The notes under the pieces are model-generated. The model was not told the origin of the DNA. It saw nothing but the letters and a program-made list of their open reading frames with translations, and ran no database searches. 64,000 bases of DNA. Origin: Candidatus Sericytochromatia bacterium (GTDB lineage: Bacteria > Cyanobacteriota > Sericytochromatia > UBA7694). A program made the translations under genes and the position numbers. The DNA lies in NCBI GenBank assembly GCA_964229355.1, contig CAXRDE010000005.1, forward strand, positions 229,131 through 293,130. The letters are read 5' to 3'. How positions within the stretch are numbered: the first letter of the stretch is position 1; every line of letters starts with the position of its first letter. Shown piece after piece: positions 18,955-29,222 of the stretch.

Positions 18955-21270
18955 ATGGTACCTGTAGACGTCCTCGTCATTGATGACGATAAAGATCTCA
19001 GTTTATTGGTCAAGAGCATCCTGGTAAAGGCCGGGTATCGCGTGGAGTCTCTGGATAATGGCAAACGCGCCCTGCAACTGCTACGCCAAAAGCACCTCGA
19101 AAGCCGTCTGATTCTTCTGGATATTGAAATGCCAGAGATGTCTGGTTATGAGGTGTGTGAATCTCTACAAGAAGATCCCCGTCTGGCGTTAATTCCCGTT
19201 ATTATGATGACCGCAAGCCTTCAAATGGAAAATCGCCTCCAGGCCTTTCAACTGGGAGCAGTGGGTTTTTTGAATAAACCCCTCAACCCCGACGTTTTGG
19301 TGGAGCAGGTCAAAAAAGCCCTGATGGTGGAACAGCAGTGGAAAAGTAGCTTCATCCCCCAGAGTGTGGCTCCCAAAACACCGGTGCCTGCTCTACCGCG
19401 AGAAACAGCGTCTTCACCACCGACCGAGACGTCCATAGCCCCTGTCAAGCCACCTCTCGAAACATCGGTTGTCGTTGAGGCGTCTGCCCCTCCCGTCAAG
19501 GAAACCCAACTTGTGCCCCGCAGTTCAGAGCCAATGGGTATTCCCGCCAAAGACAGGAATAACTTTGCCGCCTTCTGCCGTTATCTGGAGACCACCCTTC
19601 CCAGGGAAGTGGTTGCAGAACTAAAGCCCGATACGATTTACGATCAACTTTTATTACACGGTCTAAAGCCCAACGAAACCGCCGGCCTGGTGTCAGGCTT
19701 TACAGGACTGCCTTTTTTAAGCCAGATTCCCAAAGATCGTCTACGCCTGGGCGTTTTACCCATGCCCTTTTGTAGAAAATACCATCTGGTCCCTTTTGAC
19801 AACGACGCTGGTGTGTTAAGTTTTGCCCTGACTCACCCCTTTCAAATCGAAGTACAAGACATTTTAAGCCATCACCGCCAGGCACCCCAGTACATTGCGG
19901 TGCCCACCGTACTGCAACAACTCTTTGCACAATCGCATCAGACCGTCGGTACTTCAGACAAATCCGAAGATTTGAAGTCGAGTAAGCCAGGAAAACGTCT
20001 CAATGAGATGGAAGATCTGATGGATGAATTGCAATCGCAATACATTGCAGACAACACGCTAACAGAAGAAAGCGCACTGCAGCTCGAAGATCCCACAAGC
20101 GCGCCCATGATTCGCCTGGTCAACAAGTTGATTGAAGAAGCTTATACCCTAAAGGCTTCAGATATTCATATTGAGGCGAAAGAGGATTATGTACGGGTGC
20201 GTTATCGCATCGACGGCGAGTTACAGGACTACCATCGCCTGACGCCCCCAAAGCTGATTCATCCCCTGGCAGCACGTTTAAAGATTATGGCACAGCTCAA
20301 TATTGCGGAACGCCGCTTACCCCAGGATGGCCGCATCGTTTATAAGCAGTTCAACCGCAAAAATTTAGACTTTGATCTTCGCCTGTCTACTGCCCCCATG
20401 AACCACGGCGAAAAAGTGGTTATGCGTATCCTGGATAAGCAAAAAAGCATGTTACCCCTCGAAGCCCTGGGTTTTTCAGCTTATAACCTCACCCGCTATC
20501 GCGAACAGCTCCAAACCCCTTACGGCATGATTCTACACGTGGGGCCTACCGGATCAGGCAAATCCATGACCCTCTATTCAGCCCTGAATGAAATCAACCG
20601 AGACGGCATCAATATTCAAACCGCCGAAGACCCCATTGAATATACCCTGCCCAATATCAATCAACTGCAAGTCCAACCCGATATTGGACTGACCTTTGCC
20701 CGTGCGCTGCGCGCTTATTTGCGTCAGGATCCCGATGTCATCCTGGTGGGGGAGATTCGCGATCATGAAACGGCCCACATTGCCGTAGAGGCCGCCCTCA
20801 CCGGTCACCTGTTATTGTCTACGCTACACACCAACGATGCTGCATCCACCCTGACTCGCTTTATCGAAATGGGAATTTCTCCCTTTATGATTAGCCCTTC
20901 TGTGGTCATGGTTTGTGCGCAGCGTCTTATGCGCCGTTTATGCGAGCATTGCAAGACCGCCTATGCAGCCAGCGAGCGCGAAAAAAAGCAAGTGGGACAC
21001 CCTGTGGATCAACCCCTTAACCTCTACCGTGCAGTGGGTTGTGAGAAGTGTCGTCACACCGGGTATTCAGGCCGCATAGGCATTCATGAATTGTTGATTC
21101 CCGATGAGCGTTTACGCAACGCCATGACCCAGCCGAATATTTCTTCCGAGGCCCTCAAAAAAATGGCCATGGAAAACGGCATGATCACGCTTTATGCTGA
21201 CGCAATGGAAAAGGTAAAACAGGGCGTTAGCTCCCTTGAAGAAGCGGCTTCTAAGGTCAAGCCTGATTAG
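18955..21270 (+). CDS. GspE/PilB-family secretion or pilus-extension ATPase with an N-terminal response-regulator receiver (REC) domain.
   Basis: REC signatures are IDDD, LLDIEMPEMSGYE (the Asp acceptor), IMMTAS and FLNKP. A Pro-rich linker follows. The ATPase part has a T2SE N-terminal domain, Walker A HVGPTGSGKSM, the Asp box TAEDPIEY, Walker B DPDVILVGEIRD, the His box LSTLHTNDA and the tetracysteine CEHC...CEKC. Confidence 0.85.
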   Translation: MVPVDVLVIDDDKDLSLLVKSILVKAGYRVESLDNGKRALQLLRQKHLESRLILLDIEMPEMSGYEVCESLQEDPRLALIPVIMMTASLQMENRLQAFQLGAVGFLNKPLNPDVLVEQVKKALMVEQQWKSSFIPQSVAPKTPVPALPRETASSPPTETSIAPVKPPLETSVVVEASAPPVKETQLVPRSSEPMGIPAKDRNNFAAFCRYLETTLPREVVAELKPDTIYDQLLLHGLKPNETAGLVSGFTGLPFLSQIPKDRLRLGVLPMPFCRKYHLVPFDNDAGVLSFALTHPFQIEVQDILSHHRQAPQYIAVPTVLQQLFAQSHQTVGTSDKSEDLKSSKPGKRLNEMEDLMDELQSQYIADNTLTEESALQLEDPTSAPMIRLVNKLIEEAYTLKASDIHIEAKEDYVRVRYRIDGELQDYHRLTPPKLIHPLAARLKIMAQLNIAERRLPQDGRIVYKQFNRKNLDFDLRLSTAPMNHGEKVVMRILDKQKSMLPLEALGFSAYNLTRYREQLQTPYGMILHVGPTGSGKSMTLYSALNEINRDGINIQTAEDPIEYTLPNINQLQVQPDIGLTFARALRAYLRQDPDVILVGEIRDHETAHIAVEAALTGHLLLSTLHTNDAASTLTRFIEMGISPFMISPSVVMVCAQRLMRRLCEHCKTAYAASEREKKQVGHPVDQPLNLYRAVGCEKCRHTGYSGRIGIHELLIPDERLRNAMTQPNISSEALKKMAMENGMITLYADAMEKVKQGVSSLEEAASKVKPD

Positions 21271-21277
21271 CACATCT

Positions 21278-23197
21278 TTAGGATTGGCCCTGACAGAGAT
21301 AATAAATATCTTCCAGGTGTCGGGGGGTGGCCAGGTCCCCTTCGTGCACCATCACGGTTTTCACCACTTCATTTAAGCTGGTTAAACCACTCAGCGCTTT
21401 ATAAATACCGTCTTCTGTCATGGAGAGAAAGCGTCTGGTTTTGCGCGCGTTTTCCCGCAGGGCAGAGGCGGTATCTCCTCTGAGAATCCCCTGGCGATCC
21501 CCTTCAAAAATTTCAAAGACCTCGTGTAAAGCCGTTACCCCCAGGTAGCCAATCTGATGGCAGTGCTGACAGCCTCTGGCTTCATAGGCCTGACGCTGCT
21601 CACCGGTGGTTTTGACTGTAACACCCAGGCTTTGCAGGACGCTAATATCTAGCGGCGCAAGCTCTCGGCAGTGAGGACATAGCTTTCTCACGAGCTTTTG
21701 AGCAATAACCACCACAGGCACCGGCGAAGCCAAAAGTGCCTCTGCGCCCATGGCCTTGAGTTGATACAGGGCAGTGGTCGTATCATTCGACGCCACCGCA
21801 GAGAATACTTTTTTGCCTACCAACGCTGCACGGTTTAAACGATCTGCCACGTCCTTGTTTTTCACCTCACTCACCATCAACAGATCACTGTCGTAGTCCG
21901 TCATGGCCTCAATCATGGCTGCATAAGAATCTTTTGACTCCGGGGGGTATTGATGCTGTGTTGCGGTAGGCAGAAGCTGTTCCACTGCATCTTCAAGGGT
22001 GAGTATATTTTGTGAAGACTGGCTCAGGTACTGCAAACAGGCATAAAGCAAAGTGCTTTTGCCCTGACGCATGGGACTGACCGCTAACAATACGCCTCCT
22101 GAACGGTTTAAAAACTGCTGCACTTGCCTGAGCACAAAAGGAGAAAAGCTTAAACTGTCCAGCTCTAACAATTCGGGATGTGCATGGGCAATATGCATGA
22201 CAAGGCTTTCTCCCCACACCCCGGGGAAAAAGGAAATCGATAAGTGCACTCGCTTTTGTGACACCTGGGTGGTGATACGTTCTTCCCAGAGGCGCTCACG
22301 CTTTAAGCGAAAAGGTGTTTTTAACGCTTTAAGTAGCATAGGGGCCATGCGCTGAGGTAGATCGGTTTTATGTTGTAATTGACCGTCGATACGAAAGCGT
22401 ACCCGCAAATAGTTTTCATGGGTTTCAATGTGCAGGGCCGTGGCTCCGGCCTCTACCGCTGATCGCACCAAAAACTGGGCTACAGGCTGCATTTTTTCTT
22501 CGCTCAACTGGTTTTTATGGGTTAACTGTACCAGTTCCGGCGACATGTTAAGCGTGTTTTGCCGCGTGGATGCAGCATCAAAAAGCGCACTCAAACACGC
22601 CAAAATCTCTGAAGAAGTGGCAATAGAAGGCATAATACGACAACTGTACACATCAATAAGACGTTGAATAAGCTCTCCATTGAGAGGATCCGCCATCACC
22701 ACCACCATTTGATTTTCGTACTTGTGAATGGGCAAACACTCATGGGTCCGTAAAAAATCTTCGTCTAAGGCTTTCAACAGCTCACGATCCACCAATTCCG
22801 GGGAAGGCACAATCCGCGGCAAATCCAACTGTAAACTCAGGGCATCTACCAATTGGGTTTCAGTAATAATTTGATGCCGCACCAAAAGTTCACCAAACCT
22901 GAGTTGCGTCACGTTTTGCTGATCCAGGGTGTGCTGTAGCTGCGCCTGGGTAATCACGCCCATATTTAACAGAATTTCACCCAGGTGAATGCTTTTTTGG
23001 TGTTTGCGCAAAAAACGTTGCAAGTCCACTTTGGACAACAACTTTAAGTCTACACAGACCCGACCCAGGGGTTTATAGCTTTCTAACTCGGCCTGGTACT
23101 TCAAGGCCTTTTGTAAGGCATCGGGGGTTAATAACCCCTCTTTCACCAAAAGATCTCCCATACGATGCAGGTTTGACGGGGGTATGGCTGATGACAT
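21278..23197 (-). CDS. GspE/MshE-like protein with N-terminal MshEN-type motifs and degenerate ATPase motifs; predicted pseudo-ATPase. The ORF extends in frame to 23332, but the RBS favours the ATG at 23197.
   Basis: The MshEN motifs are RMGDLLVKEGLLTPDALQKALKYQ and HLGEILLNMGVITQAQLQHTLDQQ, with a third partial copy. Walker A is AVSPMRQGKST and Walker B is DSDLLMVSEVKN. The His box is replaced by SAVASNDT. The zinc motif CPHC...CQHC is retained. GGAGAG lies upstream of the ATG at 23197. Confidence 0.75.
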   Translation of the reverse strand: MSSAIPPSNLHRMGDLLVKEGLLTPDALQKALKYQAELESYKPLGRVCVDLKLLSKVDLQRFLRKHQKSIHLGEILLNMGVITQAQLQHTLDQQNVTQLRFGELLVRHQIITETQLVDALSLQLDLPRIVPSPELVDRELLKALDEDFLRTHECLPIHKYENQMVVVMADPLNGELIQRLIDVYSCRIMPSIATSSEILACLSALFDAASTRQNTLNMSPELVQLTHKNQLSEEKMQPVAQFLVRSAVEAGATALHIETHENYLRVRFRIDGQLQHKTDLPQRMAPMLLKALKTPFRLKRERLWEERITTQVSQKRVHLSISFFPGVWGESLVMHIAHAHPELLELDSLSFSPFVLRQVQQFLNRSGGVLLAVSPMRQGKSTLLYACLQYLSQSSQNILTLEDAVEQLLPTATQHQYPPESKDSYAAMIEAMTDYDSDLLMVSEVKNKDVADRLNRAALVGKKVFSAVASNDTTTALYQLKAMGAEALLASPVPVVVIAQKLVRKLCPHCRELAPLDISVLQSLGVTVKTTGEQRQAYEARGCQHCHQIGYLGVTALHEVFEIFEGDRQGILRGDTASALRENARKTRRFLSMTEDGIYKALSGLTSLNEVVKTVMVHEGDLATPRHLEDIYYLCQGQS

Positions 23198-23301
23198 AAA
23201 CGAATCTCTCCTCTGCGGCCTTGATTTTAACACGAAGTCTGTGGGCGCTTTGCTTATAGGTAATCTGCTATAATACCAAAAATTTTTGGGAAAGTATCTC
23301 C

Positions 23302-25467
23302 ATGAAAGCAACTGTTTATCGTTCCATGGCACTGTATTTACTCGCCAGCAGTCTTTTTCTCACCGCTTGTGGAAGCTCGAATAGCAGCTCACCCAATCCG
23401 GCTGCGGGAAACATCCCCAACCTGGCCACAAAACCCACCCCACAAGCCAGCCCTTTGAAAACCCAACGTTTTGCGGGGGACGTTATTAATGCGGTAACAC
23501 GAGCCCCCATCGACCGGGCTGAAATTTTACTGCAAGTCAAAAGCGCAAGCCCTGCCAGCTCAAGCCCATCCACAACACCGGCCCCAACTCCCATACCGAC
23601 CCCACCTCCGGCTGGAAGCGGTACAGCGCCGGTATCAGCCCCCACACCGGCTCCAAATAGCCAGGCTTCGGTAACCCCCAATGTCACTCCCGGTGTGACC
23701 CCAAGCGTCACGCCTTCTACAGGATTTTCTGTAGAGGGTGCCATTCCAAGCCTACCTGGCGGCAGCGGCACTCCCCTTCCCCCTTCTAGCAATAACACCG
23801 TTCAACCCGACAGCAGCAGCCTGAACCCTTTTCAAGAGCGTGCTATACCCGTTTCAGAACGTTATGTCATGTCCCAAAGCACCTCGGTAGATTCCGCTGG
23901 CTTCAACACCTTTGAAACCAACACCAACAATCGCGGCAAATTCTTTGTTAACGATGTGCCTGAGGGGCAATACATCCTCAGCGTATCTGCGCCGGGTTAT
24001 CGCAGCATTACCCTCACCGACGTGGATCCCAATCGCCTGGAAATTCCTTTAATTCCGTTAGAAAACATGGAAACCATGGACATTGTCGGCAGCGTGCTTT
24101 CACCCACCGAAAAACCGGTGGCCAATGCCTATGTGAGTTCTTCTTTTCCCATGGGCGACGCCATCGGTATTCCCGCAACCACCAATACCCTGGGCGAATT
24201 CAAACTTCCCGCGGTGCCCTTTGGACGGCGGAGCTTTATCGCTTTTGTCCAAAATGTAGATGGCGATATTCAACAAATGGGCCTGCTCAAGAATATTATT
24301 GTGAATAATAAAAGCATTAAGGATCAAGAGCTCGTCTTTAAAGAAAAGCCCGACACTCTACCCGGTCCCGACGGAACGCCTCGTCCCACCGCTGAGGAAC
24401 TGATCGAAAACGTCAATAAAATTCTAACCGAAGAGGTAGAACCCAGTCCCTCTCCTGAAGGTGAAGACATTTCACCCTACGCCAGTGAATCCCCTGAAGA
24501 AACCCCGGCCAGCGAAGAAAGCCCGCTGGTGGCTCCACCCATTGAGCCCTACCCTGCACCCTCAGTGGGCACCGTGGAAGAAAATCAGGAAAGCACCGAA
24601 AAAAAAGGAAGCAATTTGTTTGACACCGTCAAAAACTTTTTCACCGGTGAAGAGGCCGATGAAAGCGAAGCGGTAAAAATCTCACCGGTCATTTCCTTGC
24701 GCTCTGTGATCTCGAGCGTGAGTTTAAGTGGAGAAGTCACCTTACCCGAGGGCTATACCCTTAAATCAATGGATGTTTATCTGACCCTTGAGGGCGAAGA
24801 AAAAGAAGCCATTCCAGAAGAATTTTACCTGCTCAGCAAAACCTTTCCCAAAGCGGCGCAAGCTTCTCAAAGCCTTCTGGGTGAAACCAAACCCAATGCC
24901 AAAGCCAGCGCAAAGCCCACCCCCGCAAAACCTGCAGCCAACGCGAATGAACCTCAGCCCTTTGAGGTGCGCTTACCCACGCCAGGTCCCGGGCAAAAGT
25001 ACCACCTCCAATTTACGGCGACCCAGGCCGAAGGCGGACAAACCTATCATCACATCTATAATTTAGACGGTGAAAGCGATAGTCTAAAGGTAGATTTTTT
25101 ACCCGTCATGCAAAAAATCGAAATCCAGGGCGAAAGCGATAATACCATTCCCAGTTCACCCCGTTTGGGCTGGGAACCCGTCAGTGGAGCAGAGGCTTAC
25201 CACGTCACCCTCACCGCAGGAAATGGCACCAAGCGCCGCGTTATCTGGGAAGCTTGGACCAAGTCCACACAAATTGACTATCCCTTTAGTTCTCGCACCC
25301 AACGTCTTCAAGAACAAGAAACGTATGTGGTTTCAGTGGCAGCCTTAAAAGGCCTTAAGCCCATTGTCAACAAAAGCAAAAACACGACAGCCCATGCAGG
25401 TTATCAAGCCCTCTGGTCCGATCTGTCTCGCTTTACCCACACACCTTTTGAAGTTGTGAACCGATAA
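23302..25467 (+). CDS. Large Pro/Thr/Ser-rich lipoprotein with carboxypeptidase-regulatory-like domains.
   Basis: The lipobox is LTAC. There are PT-rich linkers. I recognise no catalytic motif. Confidence 0.6.
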   Translation: MKATVYRSMALYLLASSLFLTACGSSNSSSPNPAAGNIPNLATKPTPQASPLKTQRFAGDVINAVTRAPIDRAEILLQVKSASPASSSPSTTPAPTPIPTPPPAGSGTAPVSAPTPAPNSQASVTPNVTPGVTPSVTPSTGFSVEGAIPSLPGGSGTPLPPSSNNTVQPDSSSLNPFQERAIPVSERYVMSQSTSVDSAGFNTFETNTNNRGKFFVNDVPEGQYILSVSAPGYRSITLTDVDPNRLEIPLIPLENMETMDIVGSVLSPTEKPVANAYVSSSFPMGDAIGIPATTNTLGEFKLPAVPFGRRSFIAFVQNVDGDIQQMGLLKNIIVNNKSIKDQELVFKEKPDTLPGPDGTPRPTAEELIENVNKILTEEVEPSPSPEGEDISPYASESPEETPASEESPLVAPPIEPYPAPSVGTVEENQESTEKKGSNLFDTVKNFFTGEEADESEAVKISPVISLRSVISSVSLSGEVTLPEGYTLKSMDVYLTLEGEEKEAIPEEFYLLSKTFPKAAQASQSLLGETKPNAKASAKPTPAKPAANANEPQPFEVRLPTPGPGQKYHLQFTATQAEGGQTYHHIYNLDGESDSLKVDFLPVMQKIEIQGESDNTIPSSPRLGWEPVSGAEAYHVTLTAGNGTKRRVIWEAWTKSTQIDYPFSSRTQRLQEQETYVVSVAALKGLKPIVNKSKNTTAHAGYQALWSDLSRFTHTPFEVVNR

Positions 25468-25486
25468 AAAAGAAGGATGCGTTTCC

Positions 25487-26293
25487 ATGCCCAAATTTAT
25501 TCATCTGATGTTGAGCCTGTGTCTTCTGGGAGTGGCCCTTCCTGCGCAAAGTGCCGAACTGCCTGAAACCCGGCTCGATTTTGGCAACAGAGAATACCAG
25601 GGGCAGTTTACCCTACGCTATTGGTATGGCAACAACAGCATTGATCAAAGCTTTAAGGGCAGCGGCATCGATTCCTTTGTCAACACCAAAACCTCATTAG
25701 GACTTTTGAACATCAGCAGTGACCACTGGTTTGGTATTCTGACGCCCCAGGGCCTGGGTTTTTTGGGATCGGTCTTTGGCCTGGGTTTTTCGTTAGACTA
25801 TGCAGACCAACTGGTCCAGGACGTTCGTCTAATGACCTATATGATGGACTTTCAATTTGCCAAGCTCACGGTCTTACACGATGAGGATTTCAGCCGTACC
25901 CTGACCCTATCAGGACACTATGTGTCTTACTTCAACACGGTGTACGACAATTTACTCCTGACCACCGCAGCCCCCTTTTTTGGGGCCGGTATCGGCATCA
26001 CCGGTAAACACCCCATCTTTGACGTGGGAGAGGCCACTTTTAAATTGGTCTATGTGCCCGGCTCTCGCACCCCGAACCCCCTGCCCGATGGTCAGGGGGT
26101 CCTGAGTGAGCTCAATACCCGTTGGTTTATCAACCCTGCCCTGGCCTTTAACGTGGGTTACCGCTTTAACTTTTTTACTGCGGCCGGAGAAACCGCGGCG
26201 CAAAACTCTCAAACAGGACAATCGCTGACCTTAAATCGGACCCTACAAGACATGTTTCATGGCATTAATCTGGGATTCACGGCATACTTTTGA
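25487..26293 (+). CDS. Putative outer-membrane beta-barrel protein.
   Basis: It has a signal peptide, alternating amphipathic strands and a C-terminal aromatic residue (…FTAYF). Confidence 0.5.
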   Translation: MPKFIHLMLSLCLLGVALPAQSAELPETRLDFGNREYQGQFTLRYWYGNNSIDQSFKGSGIDSFVNTKTSLGLLNISSDHWFGILTPQGLGFLGSVFGLGFSLDYADQLVQDVRLMTYMMDFQFAKLTVLHDEDFSRTLTLSGHYVSYFNTVYDNLLLTTAAPFFGAGIGITGKHPIFDVGEATFKLVYVPGSRTPNPLPDGQGVLSELNTRWFINPALAFNVGYRFNFFTAAGETAAQNSQTGQSLTLNRTLQDMFHGINLGFTAYF

Positions 26294-26368
26294 CGCCATC
26301 TAGGCGTGGACATTCCCCCATGAATCCGGTATTATGCCTTATCAGGAAGAATTTATAAGGAGGCCTCT

Positions 26369-27358
26369 GTGGCTGAAGAAGTATTGCTGAAGGTAACAGA
26401 CCTTGCTACCCATTTTCACACCGAAGAAGGTGTCGTAAAAGCTGTTGATGGCGTAGATTTTGAAGTGCGCCGTGGAGAAGTCGTTGGCGTGGTCGGAGAG
26501 TCCGGCTGCGGAAAAAGCATGACCTCCATGTCCATTTTGCGTCTGGTACCCAAACCACAGGGAAAAATCGTGCGCGGACAGTTAATGTTTGCGGGCAAAG
26601 ACCTCTTATCCCTTTCCGAAGAAGAAATGCGTAAAATTCGCGGCAACCGCATTGCCTTAATTTCTCAGGATCCCATGACGTCTTTAAACCCCGTTTTAAC
26701 GGTGGGAGAGCAGATCATGGAAGCCATTCAGCTTCACCAGGGTCTCGACAAAAAGGCTGCCAAAGAAAAAGCGATTGTGATGCTGAAAAAGGTGGGTATT
26801 CCCTCACCTGAGAAACGGGTTGATGAGTATCCCCACCAATTCTCAGGCGGGATGCGTCAGCGGGCGATTATTGCGATGGCTTTGTCGTGCGAGCCTGAGC
26901 TGTTAATTGCCGATGAGCCCACCACAGCACTAGACGTAACCATTCAAGCACAAATTCTGGATCTCATGCGCGAGATTAAAGAGAAAGAGAACGCTGGTAT
27001 TCTCTTTATTACCCACGATTTGGGTGTTGTGGCTGAAATGTGCGATTTCGTCTGCGTTATGTATGCGGGCAAAGTCGTTGAGGCCACAGACGTGGTCAGC
27101 CTCTTTAAAAACCCAAGCCACCCTTATACCGTGGGCTTATTGAAGTCCATCCCCCGCTTAGACGACGTCAAAGATCGCTTAGACCCCATCGACGGTCAGC
27201 CGCCCAGCTTAAGCAAACTGCCCAAGGGATGTAGCTTTGCTGCCCGTTGCCCCGAAGCAGAAGAAATCTGTCGTCAACAAGAGCCCGCCTTGAAGCAAGT
27301 GGGCGTTAATCACTATGCTCGCTGCCTCAAACGCGAAGAATGGAAAGCAGACGTATAA
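26369..27358 (+). CDS. Oligopeptide/dipeptide ABC transporter ATP-binding protein (OppD/DppD-like).
   Basis: Walker A is GESGCGKS, the signature is LSGGMRQR, and it has the C-terminal oligopeptide-transporter extension. The start is GTG with AGGAGG upstream. Confidence 0.85.
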   Translation: MAEEVLLKVTDLATHFHTEEGVVKAVDGVDFEVRRGEVVGVVGESGCGKSMTSMSILRLVPKPQGKIVRGQLMFAGKDLLSLSEEEMRKIRGNRIALISQDPMTSLNPVLTVGEQIMEAIQLHQGLDKKAAKEKAIVMLKKVGIPSPEKRVDEYPHQFSGGMRQRAIIAMALSCEPELLIADEPTTALDVTIQAQILDLMREIKEKENAGILFITHDLGVVAEMCDFVCVMYAGKVVEATDVVSLFKNPSHPYTVGLLKSIPRLDDVKDRLDPIDGQPPSLSKLPKGCSFAARCPEAEEICRQQEPALKQVGVNHYARCLKREEWKADV

Positions 27359-28395
27359 TGTCACAAAACAACCCTTCAGATAAAATCTTATTAGACGTTA
27401 AAGGTCTTAAAAAGCACTTCCCCATTAAAAAAGGGATCTTGTTTTCCAAACAGGTGGGTGCGGTTAAAGCCGTTGACGGTCTAGACCTTTTCGTTCGCGA
27501 AGGTGAAACCCTGGGTATGGTGGGCGAGTCCGGTTGCGGAAAATCCACCACAGGACGTCTGATTCTGCGTTTGATTGAACCCAGCGCCGGTAAAGTAATG
27601 TTTGACGGCGTGGATCTGTTGTCCCTGAACAAAGGGGACATGCGCAACATGCGCAAAAAGATTCAGATGGTGTTTCAAAACCCCTATGCCTCTCTGGATC
27701 CCCGTATGACCGTGGGAGACATTGTGGCAGAGCCGCTACGCGTGCATAACGTTTTTTCCAGCTCAAAAGAGTTAAAAAAGCGCGTGCGTGAACTGCTGGA
27801 CTGTGTGGGCTTAAACCCTTCTTACACCGAGCGCTTTCCCCACGAGTTTTCAGGCGGTCAGCGCCAACGGATCGGGATTGCCCGAGCCCTGGCTCTGAAC
27901 CCCAAACTGATTATTGCCGACGAACCCGTGTCTGCCCTGGACGTATCGGTTCAAGCCCAGGTTTTAAACCTCTTGAACGATCTGCAAGCTGAATTTGGTT
28001 TAACGTATATCTTTATTGCCCACAACCTCAGTACCGTCAACCATATTTCTGACCGTGTCGCGGTCATGTATCTGGGTAAAGTGGTAGAGCTGGCCAGCAA
28101 CAAGACCCTGTACGCCAACCCCAAACACCCCTACACCCGCGCGTTGATGTCAGCCGTGCCTGAACCCGACCCAGAGTTTATGCGCAGTCCAGAACGGGCG
28201 CAACGTATCGTCTTAGAAGGCGATATCCCAAGCCCGGTCAATCCCCCTTCAGGGTGTCGTTTTCACACCCGTTGCTGGGAAGTGATGGACGTGTGTAAGA
28301 CCCAGGAGCCGCCACTGGTAGACACTGGTGACGGTCAATACGTGGCCTGCCACCTCTTTCCGGGTGAAACCCCCTTAAAGACCACGACTGCCTAA
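27340..28395 (+). CDS. Oligopeptide/dipeptide ABC transporter ATP-binding protein (OppF/DppF-like).
   Basis: Walker A is GESGCGKST and the signature is FSGGQRQR. It overlaps the upstream ATPase gene. Confidence 0.85.
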   Translation: MESRRIMSQNNPSDKILLDVKGLKKHFPIKKGILFSKQVGAVKAVDGLDLFVREGETLGMVGESGCGKSTTGRLILRLIEPSAGKVMFDGVDLLSLNKGDMRNMRKKIQMVFQNPYASLDPRMTVGDIVAEPLRVHNVFSSSKELKKRVRELLDCVGLNPSYTERFPHEFSGGQRQRIGIARALALNPKLIIADEPVSALDVSVQAQVLNLLNDLQAEFGLTYIFIAHNLSTVNHISDRVAVMYLGKVVELASNKTLYANPKHPYTRALMSAVPEPDPEFMRSPERAQRIVLEGDIPSPVNPPSGCRFHTRCWEVMDVCKTQEPPLVDTGDGQYVACHLFPGETPLKTTTA

Positions 28396-28405
28396 GCACA
28401 ATTTC

Positions 28406-29221
28406 ATGGAACTTCATAGCGGTCCTTATACCCTTGAGGGCTATTCTCGCAGCACCATTGAAACCTATGTGCGCGTCAACGAACTGAATATTTGCTTTGA
28501 CATTGGCAAATGTCCCATGGCTTTGGTCAACGTACCCCAGGTTTTTATTTCCCACTTTCACGGAGATCACAGCCTGGGGCTGACCTATTACATTGCCCAC
28601 CGCAGCCTGGCCAAACTTCCCCCCGGTGAAATTTATATTCCTTCGTCAGCCCTTGAAGACACCCACGCCTTGATCAAGGCCCATGCGGCCATTGAACGGG
28701 CTCATCGGGATTACCACCTCATTCCGGTAGAGCCTGGCATGGAGCTACCTTTTAAACGGAACCATCGCATGCGCATGTTTGCCACCGATCACCGTATTCC
28801 CTCTGTGGGATACACGGTCATCGAAGAGCGGAACAAACTTAAAGCCGAATTTCAAGGCCTGGGACAGCAGGAAATCGTGGCCCTGAAAAAAAGCGGCGTG
28901 GAAATCACCGAAACCCATCTTTTGCCCCGCATTAGCTATGTAGGTGATTCTACCGTTAAAGTCTTTGACTGGCACCCTGAAATCTTTAAAAGTGAAGTGC
29001 TCCTGACGGAGTGCACCTTTCTGAGTGACGAGCACTTAGAAGAGGCCAGCAAGCGCAAGCATATGCACCTCAAAGAAATCATACCCTACCTCGACGACAT
29101 TGAAAGCCCACACATTGTGCTGATGCATTTTTCAATGCGGTATACACGCCGTGAGATTTACGGCTATGTCGACAAGTTGGTGCCGGCCAAACACCGAGAA
29201 CGCATTTTGGTACTTGCCTAA
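28406..29221 (+). CDS. Metallo-beta-lactamase-fold hydrolase (RNase Z-like).
   Basis: It has the HFHGDH metal-binding motif. Confidence 0.65.
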   Translation: MELHSGPYTLEGYSRSTIETYVRVNELNICFDIGKCPMALVNVPQVFISHFHGDHSLGLTYYIAHRSLAKLPPGEIYIPSSALEDTHALIKAHAAIERAHRDYHLIPVEPGMELPFKRNHRMRMFATDHRIPSVGYTVIEERNKLKAEFQGLGQQEIVALKKSGVEITETHLLPRISYVGDSTVKVFDWHPEIFKSEVLLTECTFLSDEHLEEASKRKHMHLKEIIPYLDDIESPHIVLMHFSMRYTRREIYGYVDKLVPAKHRERILVLA

Positions 29222-29222
29222 G

